From Candidatus Auribacterota bacterium (GTDB lineage Bacteria > Auribacterota > Tritonobacteria > UBA1439), in the NCBI GenBank assembly GCA_026392015.1, contig JAPLCW010000174.1, forward strand, positions 1 through 64,000: a stretch of DNA of 64,000 nucleotides, written 5' to 3'. Of this stretch, positions 55,564-63,709 are shown one piece after another. Below the pieces are notes generated by a model. That model searched no databases, was not told where the DNA came from, and saw nothing but the letters and a program-made list of their open reading frames with translations. The translations under genes and the position numbers were made by a program. Every line of letters begins with the position of its first letter. The first letter of the stretch is position 1.

Positions 55564-57115
55564 GTTTCTGCCTGCACAGCTCCCGGTGCCTGATAATGAC
55601 CGAATCATCCAGATAGGCCGGACTCAATTGCGACGCCTTCCCATAGGCGTCGAGCGCCTTCCCAAATTCGCCCCGTTGCTCATAGATGAGCCCCATCCCG
55701 ATATATACGCTGGCGGCATACACAATATCCTTCGTCAAGTCCATCGCCTTCTGGAGCTCGACAAGAGCCTCATCGTTCCTACCGGTGAGCCGGTACACGT
55801 TGGCGAGGTTATTGTGCGCGGATGCGAAATTCGGGCGCAGCTCCAGTGCCTTCCTTGCGGCATCCTCGGCATCTTGATACATGCCGATCCGCGCATAGGC
55901 GATGCTGAGGTTATTGTATGCGTCGGCGTTCGAGGGATTGCGCGCGAGCACCGATTTCCAGAGAGAGAAGCTGCTTCCCCACACGGTATTCCTGGAAATG
56001 GTAAGGAGCATAAGACAGGTGATCATGGCGGTGATGGCGAGAATAGTTCCCCTCCCCACGAAAGCGGAACGCCGGCCCGACATCCAGGAACCCGCGAGGA
56101 GGGAAAGGGCCGCGACCGGAAGGTAAAGGTATCTGTCCGCCTTGACCACATTGGTGGGGATGATCTGAAGCACGGGAAGAAGAGAGAGTACGGCCCACAG
56201 GGTACAGAAGGAGAAAATCGGAGAGCGTTTTCGCGCCGCCAGGGCACCTGCCAGAAGTGCGAGCCAGATGAGAAGCGGGAATACACAGCTCATCTCTCCC
56301 AGCCGGGAAGGCAGTGAGACGACGTAGAGCGAGTTCAGGCGCACCGGGATCAACAACATCCTGAGGTAATCGCCCATCACCTTGAGCACCGCGAGGAAAG
56401 TCATGAATGCGCTTCCACCATGGTAAGGCAGGCTCGTCTCATTATGTGGATCAAGGAAAACAGTGGCGAGCGCGGTGATGAGCAGAGGGAGGACATAGGG
56501 AAGTTTGTTCCGGATCGATTCCGCGACTCTGCTCCTGCGGGGACCAAGCAGCAGGTCGTAAAGTACCAGTGCGAGCGGGAGCGTGACAGTGAACGGTTTG
56601 GCCCAGAGCGCGCAGAGATAGAAAAGCGCGCTGAGCCAGATGAATCGCGCGCCGCCGGACCTTGAGAAGCGGATGTAGGAGAGAAAGGCGAGGAGGTAGA
56701 AGAGCATCCCGAGTCCGTCCTTTCGGCTCGAGAGCCAGGCGACCGATTCCACGTGCAGGGGGTGAAGCAGGAAGATCGCTGCCGCAAGAAAGCCTGCGCG
56801 CGAATCCCTCAGCAGGCCGAGGCATATGTAAAAAAACGTGAGCACGCTGAGGGCGTAGAGCATGATGTCGGTGAGGTGATATCCAATTGGGTTGAACCCC
56901 CAGTAAAGATGATCCAGTGCGTGCGAGAAGACGGTCAGCGGAGGGTAACTGATATGGAAGTTCGCGAGCATGAAGAGCAGATCAAGGGATCGGATCCCCT
57001 TGTTCTTCACGATAAGATGCTCGTCGTCCCAGTTGGTGAAGAAGTTCCCGGGTATGTTGGCGTATGCCACACACACCAGCATCACCAGCGCAATAATCGT
57101 GACAACCTTCCTCAT
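55535..57115 (-). CDS. TMTC-like membrane protein: DUF1736/PMT_2-like polytopic domain with C-terminal TPR repeats
   Basis: N-terminal NWDDEHLI motif region, about 11 TM helices, and 4-5 TPR repeats at the C-terminus (AYNNLSIAYARIGMYQDAEDAARKALEL...). Confidence 0.7.
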   Translation of the reverse strand: MRKVVTIIALVMLVCVAYANIPGNFFTNWDDEHLIVKNKGIRSLDLLFMLANFHISYPPLTVFSHALDHLYWGFNPIGYHLTDIMLYALSVLTFFYICLGLLRDSRAGFLAAAIFLLHPLHVESVAWLSSRKDGLGMLFYLLAFLSYIRFSRSGGARFIWLSALFYLCALWAKPFTVTLPLALVLYDLLLGPRRSRVAESIRNKLPYVLPLLITALATVFLDPHNETSLPYHGGSAFMTFLAVLKVMGDYLRMLLIPVRLNSLYVVSLPSRLGEMSCVFPLLIWLALLAGALAARKRSPIFSFCTLWAVLSLLPVLQIIPTNVVKADRYLYLPVAALSLLAGSWMSGRRSAFVGRGTILAITAMITCLMLLTISRNTVWGSSFSLWKSVLARNPSNADAYNNLSIAYARIGMYQDAEDAARKALELRPNFASAHNNLANVYRLTGRNDEALVELQKAMDLTKDIVYAASVYIGMGLIYEQRGEFGKALDAYGKASQLSPAYLDDSVIIRHRELCRQKLRKQNRLLE

Positions 57116-57117
57116 TT

Positions 57118-57941
57118 GGTGTCAGAACTCCCTTATTCATTGCACGCAAAAGTATTATGACTTAATTATTACCTGATCGGGGGCGGCCCGGTGGTTTTTT
57201 CTCTGTCCTTAACACGTCCTTCTGAAGTCCCTCCAGATAGCTATCAGAACTAAAATGGCTCTGGCCGCCAAGGCTTTTCCTGATAAGAGCCGCTTTGCTT
57301 TCCTCTAGCGGAACCGAAACGATCCTTTTGTAGTTCTCAATTCTCTCTGCCATTGTTCGCCCCAGACTCAAGAAAGTTGGATTATCTTCCTTATCGATCA
57401 ATTCATCTTCCTCCATTATTACGTTCGCGCGATAGCTTGAATAATGGTATTTACCCGGATGATCTACCAGACCGGCCCGCACCGGATTTTGCTCGATGTA
57501 GCGCATGAGCGCCAAAAAATAGTCATCAGTACTGACAATGGGACTCTTAAACCTTCCTTGCCAGACATGGCCGGAGGATTTGTATTTATGGTGATAGCGA
57601 CGCGTATGCGCAATGGTTATTGCCTTCATGATATCGCTCACGGTACCCATGGAAGAAGTCTTGATCAAAAGATGAATATGATTTTTCATAAGGCAATAGG
57701 CGAAGATCTTAAAATTAAATTTATGCTTATATCTTTTTAGGATGCCAAGGTAGTGCAGATAATCGTGGTCTTCCAGAAATACATCCTGACGATTATTGCC
57801 GCGATTGAGGATGTGATGATTCAGATTCGGCAGATGTATTCTGATGGGGCGTCCCATACACTAAGCATATCAAAAAAGGCGCCAGAGCAATAATTAATTT
57901 ATATTGCATTGCGGCACAAGCAATTATCGAGTTCTGACACC
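57118..57941. mobile_element. RAYT / IS200-like unit bounded by imperfect inverted repeats
   Basis: GGTGTCAGAACTC at 57118-57130 and GAGTTCTGACACC at 57929-57941, plus about 40 bp of further partial symmetry, enclose the Y1 transposase gene. Confidence 0.55.
57162..57857 (-). CDS. REP-associated tyrosine transposase (RAYT; IS200/IS605-like Y1 HUH transposase)
   Basis: HUH motif NHIHLLI; GHVWQGRFKS; Tyr region YHYSSYRA. 231 aa. Confidence 0.8.
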   Translation of the reverse strand: MGRPIRIHLPNLNHHILNRGNNRQDVFLEDHDYLHYLGILKRYKHKFNFKIFAYCLMKNHIHLLIKTSSMGTVSDIMKAITIAHTRRYHHKYKSSGHVWQGRFKSPIVSTDDYFLALMRYIEQNPVRAGLVDHPGKYHYSSYRANVIMEEDELIDKEDNPTFLSLGRTMAERIENYKRIVSVPLEESKAALIRKSLGGQSHFSSDSYLEGLQKDVLRTEKKPPGRPRSGNN

Positions 57942-57950
57942 AAATATACG

Positions 57951-59348
57951 TCAGCGTATGGTGAACTCCATCGAGTCGAGCGCAAAGGCATTCGCCGCCG
58001 ATGGCGCAGCGCCCGCGGGCATGAGCCCGGCGTATATGGTCCACACACCTGCGGGTATACCATCGGGGATTTGGGTGCGGAGCAACGTACCCTCCGTCCT
58101 TTCGCTGATGAGAATCTTTTTTGCATACGCGCCCATGCCTTTTTTGATTTTGTTCGGCGCCAGGGAGAAGAGGGCGCCGGAGCCAGCAGGCCCTGCTATC
58201 ACAGCATAGGCATCGCACACAGTATCAGTCGGCTGGGCCGTGAAATTGATAAGAATCTCATCCCCCGTAGTGAAGCTCTGTCCGTTACAATTCAGTTGAA
58301 TTACCTCCTGCCGAGGCACCGGTGTCGATTCCGGACCGGCTGGCGCGACAGGGTTTACCTGGTACAAATCCGGGAGACTGGTGCTGCCGGAGAGGCCAAG
58401 GTAGCCCAGCGCGAGTTTGGCCGGCGTGCGTGTAACGGGAGCGAAGGATTGGTCCCTTCTGTACATCGAGAGAATCGTGAACCCTCCGGTTGTACCCAGG
58501 CTCAGGGTTGTGAACTGGGACAGGGGGGCAACTTTATAGATCTTGCCGTTGTTGGCGTCTGATACAAAGAGTGCGCCCGAAGAGTGCCACGCCACGTCAT
58601 ATCCGCCATCAAGACCATCCGCAATAACGGAGGCAATCCCCTCTCCCAGCACAGTGTGGCCCGCGAGCGCTCCGCTCAGCGCTGCAGCCGAGAACCGGAG
58701 AACGGTGAAATCGCCCGGCTGTACCGGATAGTTGGCTTTGCCCTTCACATAGTAGAGATTCCCCTTGTCATCCACGTCTATCCCGCCTGAATAGGTGGAG
58801 GAAACCGAAACCACCTCCGTGAGAAGCCTCGTTGCCAGATCCAGATAAAATATCTTGTTGGTGGAACCCCCCGCAGCAAACGGATTCGCGCTGATATAAC
58901 AATGGCCATTGTCAATGAACGCCAGATCGTAGGTGCCATCGAAACTTCCCGATGCGGGCACGAGATCGCTCACGGAATAATTGGATAGATCCATCCGCTT
59001 TATTTTATATTCGTATGTCGCGAGCGAGAACTCCTCGAAGAGCATGGTGTTTCCGTCGGGGCTCACCTTGACGAAGGCTCCGAACACAGGCTGCCCCGCA
59101 TCGTAGACCTTGCGCGGCGTTCCGGGATTGCCATCCCCATTCGCATCGATAATCGCAACATACGCATTATGAGCCGCCATCGGGTCGGTATACATGCCGA
59201 TAATATCGCCGTTGGGGAGGCAATCAAAGCCGCCCATGAAATCCTGACCGAGCCCCTTGACCTCATACCCCTCCGGAACCTGAACTGCACCCTGCGCCAT
59301 GACAGTCCACACCCCCAGTAATGCTGCGGCAAATAGCGTGATTCTCAT
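57951..59348 (-). CDS. Secreted beta-propeller-like protein, function unknown, under cobalamin-riboswitch control
   Basis: Signal peptide MRITLFAAALLGVWTVMAQG. Repeated strand-like motifs (GNLYYVKG, GALFVSDANNGKIYKV). Strong GGAGGAG RBS. A riboswitch leader lies immediately upstream. Confidence 0.6.
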   Translation of the reverse strand: MRITLFAAALLGVWTVMAQGAVQVPEGYEVKGLGQDFMGGFDCLPNGDIIGMYTDPMAAHNAYVAIIDANGDGNPGTPRKVYDAGQPVFGAFVKVSPDGNTMLFEEFSLATYEYKIKRMDLSNYSVSDLVPASGSFDGTYDLAFIDNGHCYISANPFAAGGSTNKIFYLDLATRLLTEVVSVSSTYSGGIDVDDKGNLYYVKGKANYPVQPGDFTVLRFSAAALSGALAGHTVLGEGIASVIADGLDGGYDVAWHSSGALFVSDANNGKIYKVAPLSQFTTLSLGTTGGFTILSMYRRDQSFAPVTRTPAKLALGYLGLSGSTSLPDLYQVNPVAPAGPESTPVPRQEVIQLNCNGQSFTTGDEILINFTAQPTDTVCDAYAVIAGPAGSGALFSLAPNKIKKGMGAYAKKILISERTEGTLLRTQIPDGIPAGVWTIYAGLMPAGAAPSAANAFALDSMEFTIR

Positions 59349-59426
59349 TGTCTCCTCCTCTCTGTTGCTTTGTTATCCGATCAGGATCTATGCACACCCC
59401 GAAGCAAGAGCCTCAAAACCGAAAAT

Positions 59427-59466
59427 AAAAAGGCCGGCTCCTAAGGAAAGGAAGAACCGGCCCAAT
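59427..59466 (-). terminator. Rho-independent terminator/attenuator at the 3' end of the riboswitch
   Basis: Minus-strand GGGCCGGTTCTTCCTTTCCTTAGGAGCCGGCC followed by TTTTTATTTT, about 80 nt upstream of the regulated ATG. Confidence 0.65.
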
Positions 59467-59671
59467 AAACCCATCGGACTTCTCCTGCCCCGAAGAAGAT
59501 TTCCCTGAGGTCTCCTGGCTTGTGGCACTCGGACAATCGCGGGCCTTCCCAATGCAGCAACCTTTACGATCGACTGCATCAGTGACGCGCGACCACTGGT
59601 CACCACTCACAGTTGCGGGGGCAGCAGCGGATTCTCACCGCTTTCCCTCATGCACTCCTCACTCAAAGATC
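59427..59671 (-). promoter_or_regulatory. Cobalamin (B12) riboswitch with intrinsic terminator expression platform
   Basis: On the minus strand: GGGAAAGCGGUGAGAAUCCGCUGCUGCCCCCGCAACUGU, then GUCACUG, then GGGAAGGCCCG, then the B12 box AAGCCAGGAGACCU, then a GGCCGG...CCGGCC hairpin followed by a U tract. Confidence 0.8.
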
Positions 59672-59678
59672 TGCGCTT

Positions 59679-59706
59679 ATTATACGACATCACCATTACG
59701 GGTCAA
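59679..59706 (-). promoter_or_regulatory. Sigma70-type promoter for the riboswitch transcript
   Basis: Minus-strand TTGACC, 16-nt spacer, TATAAT, with predicted start ~7 nt downstream. Confidence 0.6.
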
Positions 59707-60203
59707 CATGTTTTGTACTAAGGACGTAAGGGGTCACTTATGGGGGGTACATTGCTGAATATGTCATTCCTGCGAAAGCAGGAATCCAGATTTCATAGTG
59801 GATCCCCGCTTTCGCGGGGATGACAAGTGAAAGGGCTACCCCCCAAGACTGACCCATTACCTAAGGACCATCCCCAATTTCGATAAAAATAGCTGCGCAA
59901 AATAGTTTCTCACCACGAAGCACACGAAGGGCATGAAGAAGAGACAGCCTGGGAACCAACGAATTCCACTATGTTATGAGCCAGTCCGTAAGTGTATAGA
60001 CACGTCATTGCGAGGAGCAAGGCGACGAAGCAATCTCTTCTCCTTCTGTCCTTGTGCGACAGGAGATTGCTTCGCTCCACTCGCAATGACTTATTGCAGA
60101 ATCATCGATATTGCAATGGACTGGTTAGTAATTGCCTTCGTGGTGAAACCGCTAAACACAGATGAACACTGAATCACGTGCGACAATCCGTGTTCATCGG
60201 CGT

Positions 60204-60539
60204 TCATCCGTGGTTTATATTCCCTTGCGTGTCTGCTGCCTTCCCCTGTTTTGCTTTTTTTCTGCGCGCCATCGCGCCGATGCCACACGCAAGCCCGAAC
60301 GCGATAACCGTACCCGCCACTCCGGCGATGCGCGTCGCGGTGCGTCCGCTCTGGATTCCGGGCCAGGCATAGTCGGGGATCGGCGCCGCAATCACCGGCT
60401 TCCCCCCGCCCCTGTAAAGAAAGCCGTGGTCGCCCGCGATCTTTTCAAGCCCGTCCGGCCACGGGGATGCGAAGGGGGAAAGCACAAGCGCGAGCAGCAG
60501 CGCTGCACCAAGGCCGATGAGCATATCCCGGAGTTTCAT
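60204..60539 (-). CDS. PDGLE-domain membrane protein (CbiN-like partner of CbiM)
   Basis: Contains the SPWPDGLE motif and two TM helices. Overlaps the cbiM stop. Confidence 0.65.
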   Translation of the reverse strand: MKLRDMLIGLGAALLLALVLSPFASPWPDGLEKIAGDHGFLYRGGGKPVIAAPIPDYAWPGIQSGRTATRIAGVAGTVIAFGLACGIGAMARRKKAKQGKAADTQGNINHG

Positions 60540-61180
60540 GTCCGGATTCCCTCAGACCGATACACCAGATCAGGCCGCACTTTCAGCACGAAGGAGATGA
60601 CGAGGCAGGTGATGATCGCCTCCCCGATGCCGATGAGCGCATGAACCGCCACCATCGCCGGCAATGCCACCCTTAGGGGCGATGTCCCCGACAGAGCCAG
60701 CTCGCACGCGCACGCGGCGCTCGCAAGCACCACCGAACACCACGCGGCAACCGCGGTGGCCGTGAGAATCCTTCCCCTTCCCGATGACCCGCCACGAACG
60801 GCCGCATAGAAACCGTAACCCAGCACCGAACCGATAAGGCTCATATTCACTATATTCGCCCCGAGCGCGGTGAGACCTCCATCCTGAAAGATAAGGCACT
60901 GGACCACAAGCACAATACTGATGACCACCCCGCCCGCCCACGGTCCGAGAAGAACAGCCGCAAGGACTCCTCCCAGGAGATGACCCGAGGTCCCCCCTGC
61001 AACAGGGAAATTGAGCATCTGCGCGGCGAAGACGAACGCCGCCATCACTCCCATCAGCGGGACCGCCCTCTCTCCGAGAGAACGTCCAACCTGCCTCAGG
61101 CAGCACCAGATCCCTCCCACGCCAAGGATCCATAGCGGCCCCCAGACACGCGCAGCCAGGAATCCATCCGGTATGTGCAT
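60536..61180 (-). CDS. cbiM: ECF-type Ni/Co transporter substrate-capture component CbiM/NikM
   Basis: Hallmark N-terminus MHIPDGFL and the CbiM TM pattern. Confidence 0.85.
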   Translation of the reverse strand: MHIPDGFLAARVWGPLWILGVGGIWCCLRQVGRSLGERAVPLMGVMAAFVFAAQMLNFPVAGGTSGHLLGGVLAAVLLGPWAGGVVISIVLVVQCLIFQDGGLTALGANIVNMSLIGSVLGYGFYAAVRGGSSGRGRILTATAVAAWCSVVLASAACACELALSGTSPLRVALPAMVAVHALIGIGEAIITCLVISFVLKVRPDLVYRSEGIRT

Positions 61181-61265
61181 CTTGACCTCAGTTGTAAGTT
61201 GTACGCAGTAAGTTGTACAGCTATTTTCGGCTTATAACTTATAGCTTATGGCTTACTGCTGCTTT

Positions 61266-62204
61266 CTAAAACTCCATCGATAACTTCAGCCCCCCCCATG
61301 GGAGGATGTCATGGAATACGTCGTTCTCCGGCGAGTAATCGCCGTGTGCGAGACTCTTCGTGAAGTGCAGCATCCCTGTGACTGCAATATGACGGATGAG
61401 GGGAAATGTCAGCTCAAGCCCCCAATCGATGTGCGTGAGGGTGGTGTGCGCCTGGTATTTGTGGGCATCCAGGCCCATCGCCATGGACGGAGTGAAGACG
61501 GCTATCCGTTCGCCGTTTGGGGCGATATCAATATCGTGCGAAATAGACCATTCATAATACGTTCCCGTATAAATACTGAAGTCATGGTTCCAGTAGAATG
61601 TCGGCTTGAGCGGAACGTCAAGGGTGAATTCGCTCCCTATTTCATCGAAGCCTCGGCGTCTGTCGTCAAGGTAGATATATTTCCAGAACGGCTCCAGCGA
61701 AAATATCTTCCATGAAAGCGGCGCGTATACCGTGAAATCCCGCTCCATGGTGCTGGGCTTCATCCCCTTCCATGTGCTGTCGATCTGAAAGTATTCAAAG
61801 CCGGCTCCTCCCGAGAACTCGCCGAAGGAGCGCGTATACTCGGTAAAGTAGGTCTGCTCGATTTGCACACCGTTTTTAGCCCAGTCGCCGCCCTCGCTCA
61901 GCCAGTTGCTTTCAAACCGGCTTTCCGCCCCGAACTTGAGAGGGCTTATCTCCTCGATATGGTCCATGACCCGGTCCGTCCGCTGGAGCAGGGGGATATG
62001 GTTCATCAGACAAAAGCGCTCCTTCCCCTCTGAAACCTTTTCGACCTCCTCTTTGATCTCTTCCTCCTGTGGCTCAACATCGATGTAACTCTGGGCGCGT
62101 CCCGCAAAAGGGACCGCTACGACACTGCAGAGCACCATCCCCGCTCCGAGGTTCCACCGCATCGTCCCGCGCTTCCCGTACCCCCCCTGTCCTTCGCGAA
62201 ACAT
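61266..62204 (-). CDS. Hypothetical secreted protein, possible outer-membrane beta-barrel
   Basis: Signal peptide (start likely at MRWNLGAGMVLCSVVAVPFAGRA), alternating amphipathic strands, C-terminal ...LKLSMEF. Confidence 0.45.
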   Translation of the reverse strand: MFREGQGGYGKRGTMRWNLGAGMVLCSVVAVPFAGRAQSYIDVEPQEEEIKEEVEKVSEGKERFCLMNHIPLLQRTDRVMDHIEEISPLKFGAESRFESNWLSEGGDWAKNGVQIEQTYFTEYTRSFGEFSGGAGFEYFQIDSTWKGMKPSTMERDFTVYAPLSWKIFSLEPFWKYIYLDDRRRGFDEIGSEFTLDVPLKPTFYWNHDFSIYTGTYYEWSISHDIDIAPNGERIAVFTPSMAMGLDAHKYQAHTTLTHIDWGLELTFPLIRHIAVTGMLHFTKSLAHGDYSPENDVFHDILPWGGLKLSMEF

Positions 62205-62205
62205 G

Positions 62206-62622
62206 CTATTCGATTCCCTTTCCGGTAGAACTCATGGTGACCTGAAGATGCTTTACCCCGCGGCATGCGCCCAGCTGATCGGCAAGTGCCTTTATCTTCC
62301 CCGGCACTCCCCGCACCACAACCACCTCGAGACAATTGCATTGGTCAAGGTGGATATGCTGGGAGGACAGTATTTCAGTATAGTAATGATGCTGAATGTC
62401 GAGAAGCCTTGACGTGAGCTCGCGCTGATGGTGGTTGTAGATCATGGTGATCGTACCCACTACCTCCTTCCCCTCCGCCCATTCCTGCACAATGAGCTTT
62501 TCGCGCACGATGTCCGCCAATGCCTTCGAACGATTGCCGTATCCCTTCCGGCGCATGAGCCGGTCGAACTTGTCCAGGAGCCCCTTTTCAAGCGATACGC
62601 CGAAACGCACAATGCCCGCCAT
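62206..62622 (-). CDS. nikR: Nickel-responsive transcriptional regulator NikR
   Basis: Ribbon-helix-helix N-terminus (RFGVSLEKGLLDKFD...GYGNRSKALADIVRE) and C-terminal metal-binding domain with His cluster (HHQRE...HH...HIHLD...C). Confidence 0.85.
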   Translation of the reverse strand: MAGIVRFGVSLEKGLLDKFDRLMRRKGYGNRSKALADIVREKLIVQEWAEGKEVVGTITMIYNHHQRELTSRLLDIQHHYYTEILSSQHIHLDQCNCLEVVVVRGVPGKIKALADQLGACRGVKHLQVTMSSTGKGIE

Positions 62623-62836
62623 CGCGCCACCTCCATTGTGTTACTATTTTAATAATTGTAGCACCACGCATTGCCAAGTCAACATTTATTTGAAAATATT
62701 TTAAAATAGTTGAACGTGCGGGAGGAAGCTACCCGAGCCGCAAAAAGACATGCCTTTGTGTGCAACATCCTCACGCCACTTTTATACGAGCGACCGCTCC
62801 GACTCGGAAGATGCGGCAATAATGCATACTGTGATA

Positions 62837-63709
62837 TTACTTTGCCTTGACCCCCGCCGCCTTTACCACAAAGCTGCCTATCGTAACCCCGAGCGCATCG
62901 GCGATGACCGGGCACTTGGCGCGTAGAAGAAAAAATATTTTCTTGCCATCGTACGAGTTTAACGATTCGTAGTTTCCCTGACCCTTGGCCAAAATCAGGT
63001 CCGCGCTCCGGAACACCCTGCGGAACTCCTTTGAGCAGTAGTCGAGGATGACCCCCGGGGTCGCCGAACCGGTTGAAACCACCTCCGCGATATCCTTCAT
63101 ACCGACCCGCTCCGCGTCACGGAGCGTCGCGTCGTTGATGATCGGCCCTCCCCGTACGGAAAATGTCCTCTTGAGGGATGGGTACTGAGCGGCAATTGTT
63201 TCCAGGAGCAGCTTGTCCAGCACGATCTCGCCGGCGTTGTCGCCGATATAGAGCAGGGATTTCGCGGCGGAGAGGCTGCTCTTGAATGTCGCGCTCTCAT
63301 CCATCTGGAGTCCCTTCTCCAGGACACTCCTGAGGGCCTCCTTCAAATCTCCCTTGACCCCCACGCCGAAATCGACCACATTGGCCGCGACCGCCAGCTT
63401 CATCGCGGTGTCAAGCGGGGATGCCGACTTGGATACCGTCTCCTTCGCCCATGGATAGCACTCGAGCGCCATCCCATCGCTGCGCTCCTTTATCTGGAGA
63501 TACGGATCTGCGCATCCCGTGGCTTTGTTCACAGCCCCATAGACGGAGTAGGCAATCTGCGGCGGGGGAAAACGGTAGTCGATCTTCGAGAGGACTTTCA
63601 TCACACGCTTGAGCACACGCGCATGAAGCGCCTCGTCATCGCTTACAATCCGGGCAACCTCCAGAGCCTGCCGCGTGAGGCAGGGCTGACACTCAAGGGA
63701 GCTTCTCAT
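62837..63709 (-). CDS. DUF89 (ARMT1-like damage-control phosphatase/methyltransferase) family protein
   Basis: YIGDNAGEIVLD and AKGQGNYE motifs. Confidence 0.55.
   Translation of the reverse strand: MRSSLECQPCLTRQALEVARIVSDDEALHARVLKRVMKVLSKIDYRFPPPQIAYSVYGAVNKATGCADPYLQIKERSDGMALECYPWAKETVSKSASPLDTAMKLAVAANVVDFGVGVKGDLKEALRSVLEKGLQMDESATFKSSLSAAKSLLYIGDNAGEIVLDKLLLETIAAQYPSLKRTFSVRGGPIINDATLRDAERVGMKDIAEVVSTGSATPGVILDYCSKEFRRVFRSADLILAKGQGNYESLNSYDGKKIFFLLRAKCPVIADALGVTIGSFVVKAAGVKAK

Noticed and set aside
59388-59610. Two small minus-strand ORFs (72 and 65 aa) between the PDGLE gene and the beta-propeller gene
   Set aside because: The region matches a cobalamin riboswitch with promoter and terminator. 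The ORFs lack RBSs and read through conserved aptamer motifs.
59400-59720. Considered RNase P RNA, tmRNA, SRP or 6S RNA for the structured ~250-nt minus-strand transcript
   Set aside because: It is too short for RNase P or tmRNA and lacks their conserved boxes (GGAAAGUCCGG; tag ORF plus CCA T-arm). The sequence fits the B12 riboswitch consensus instead.
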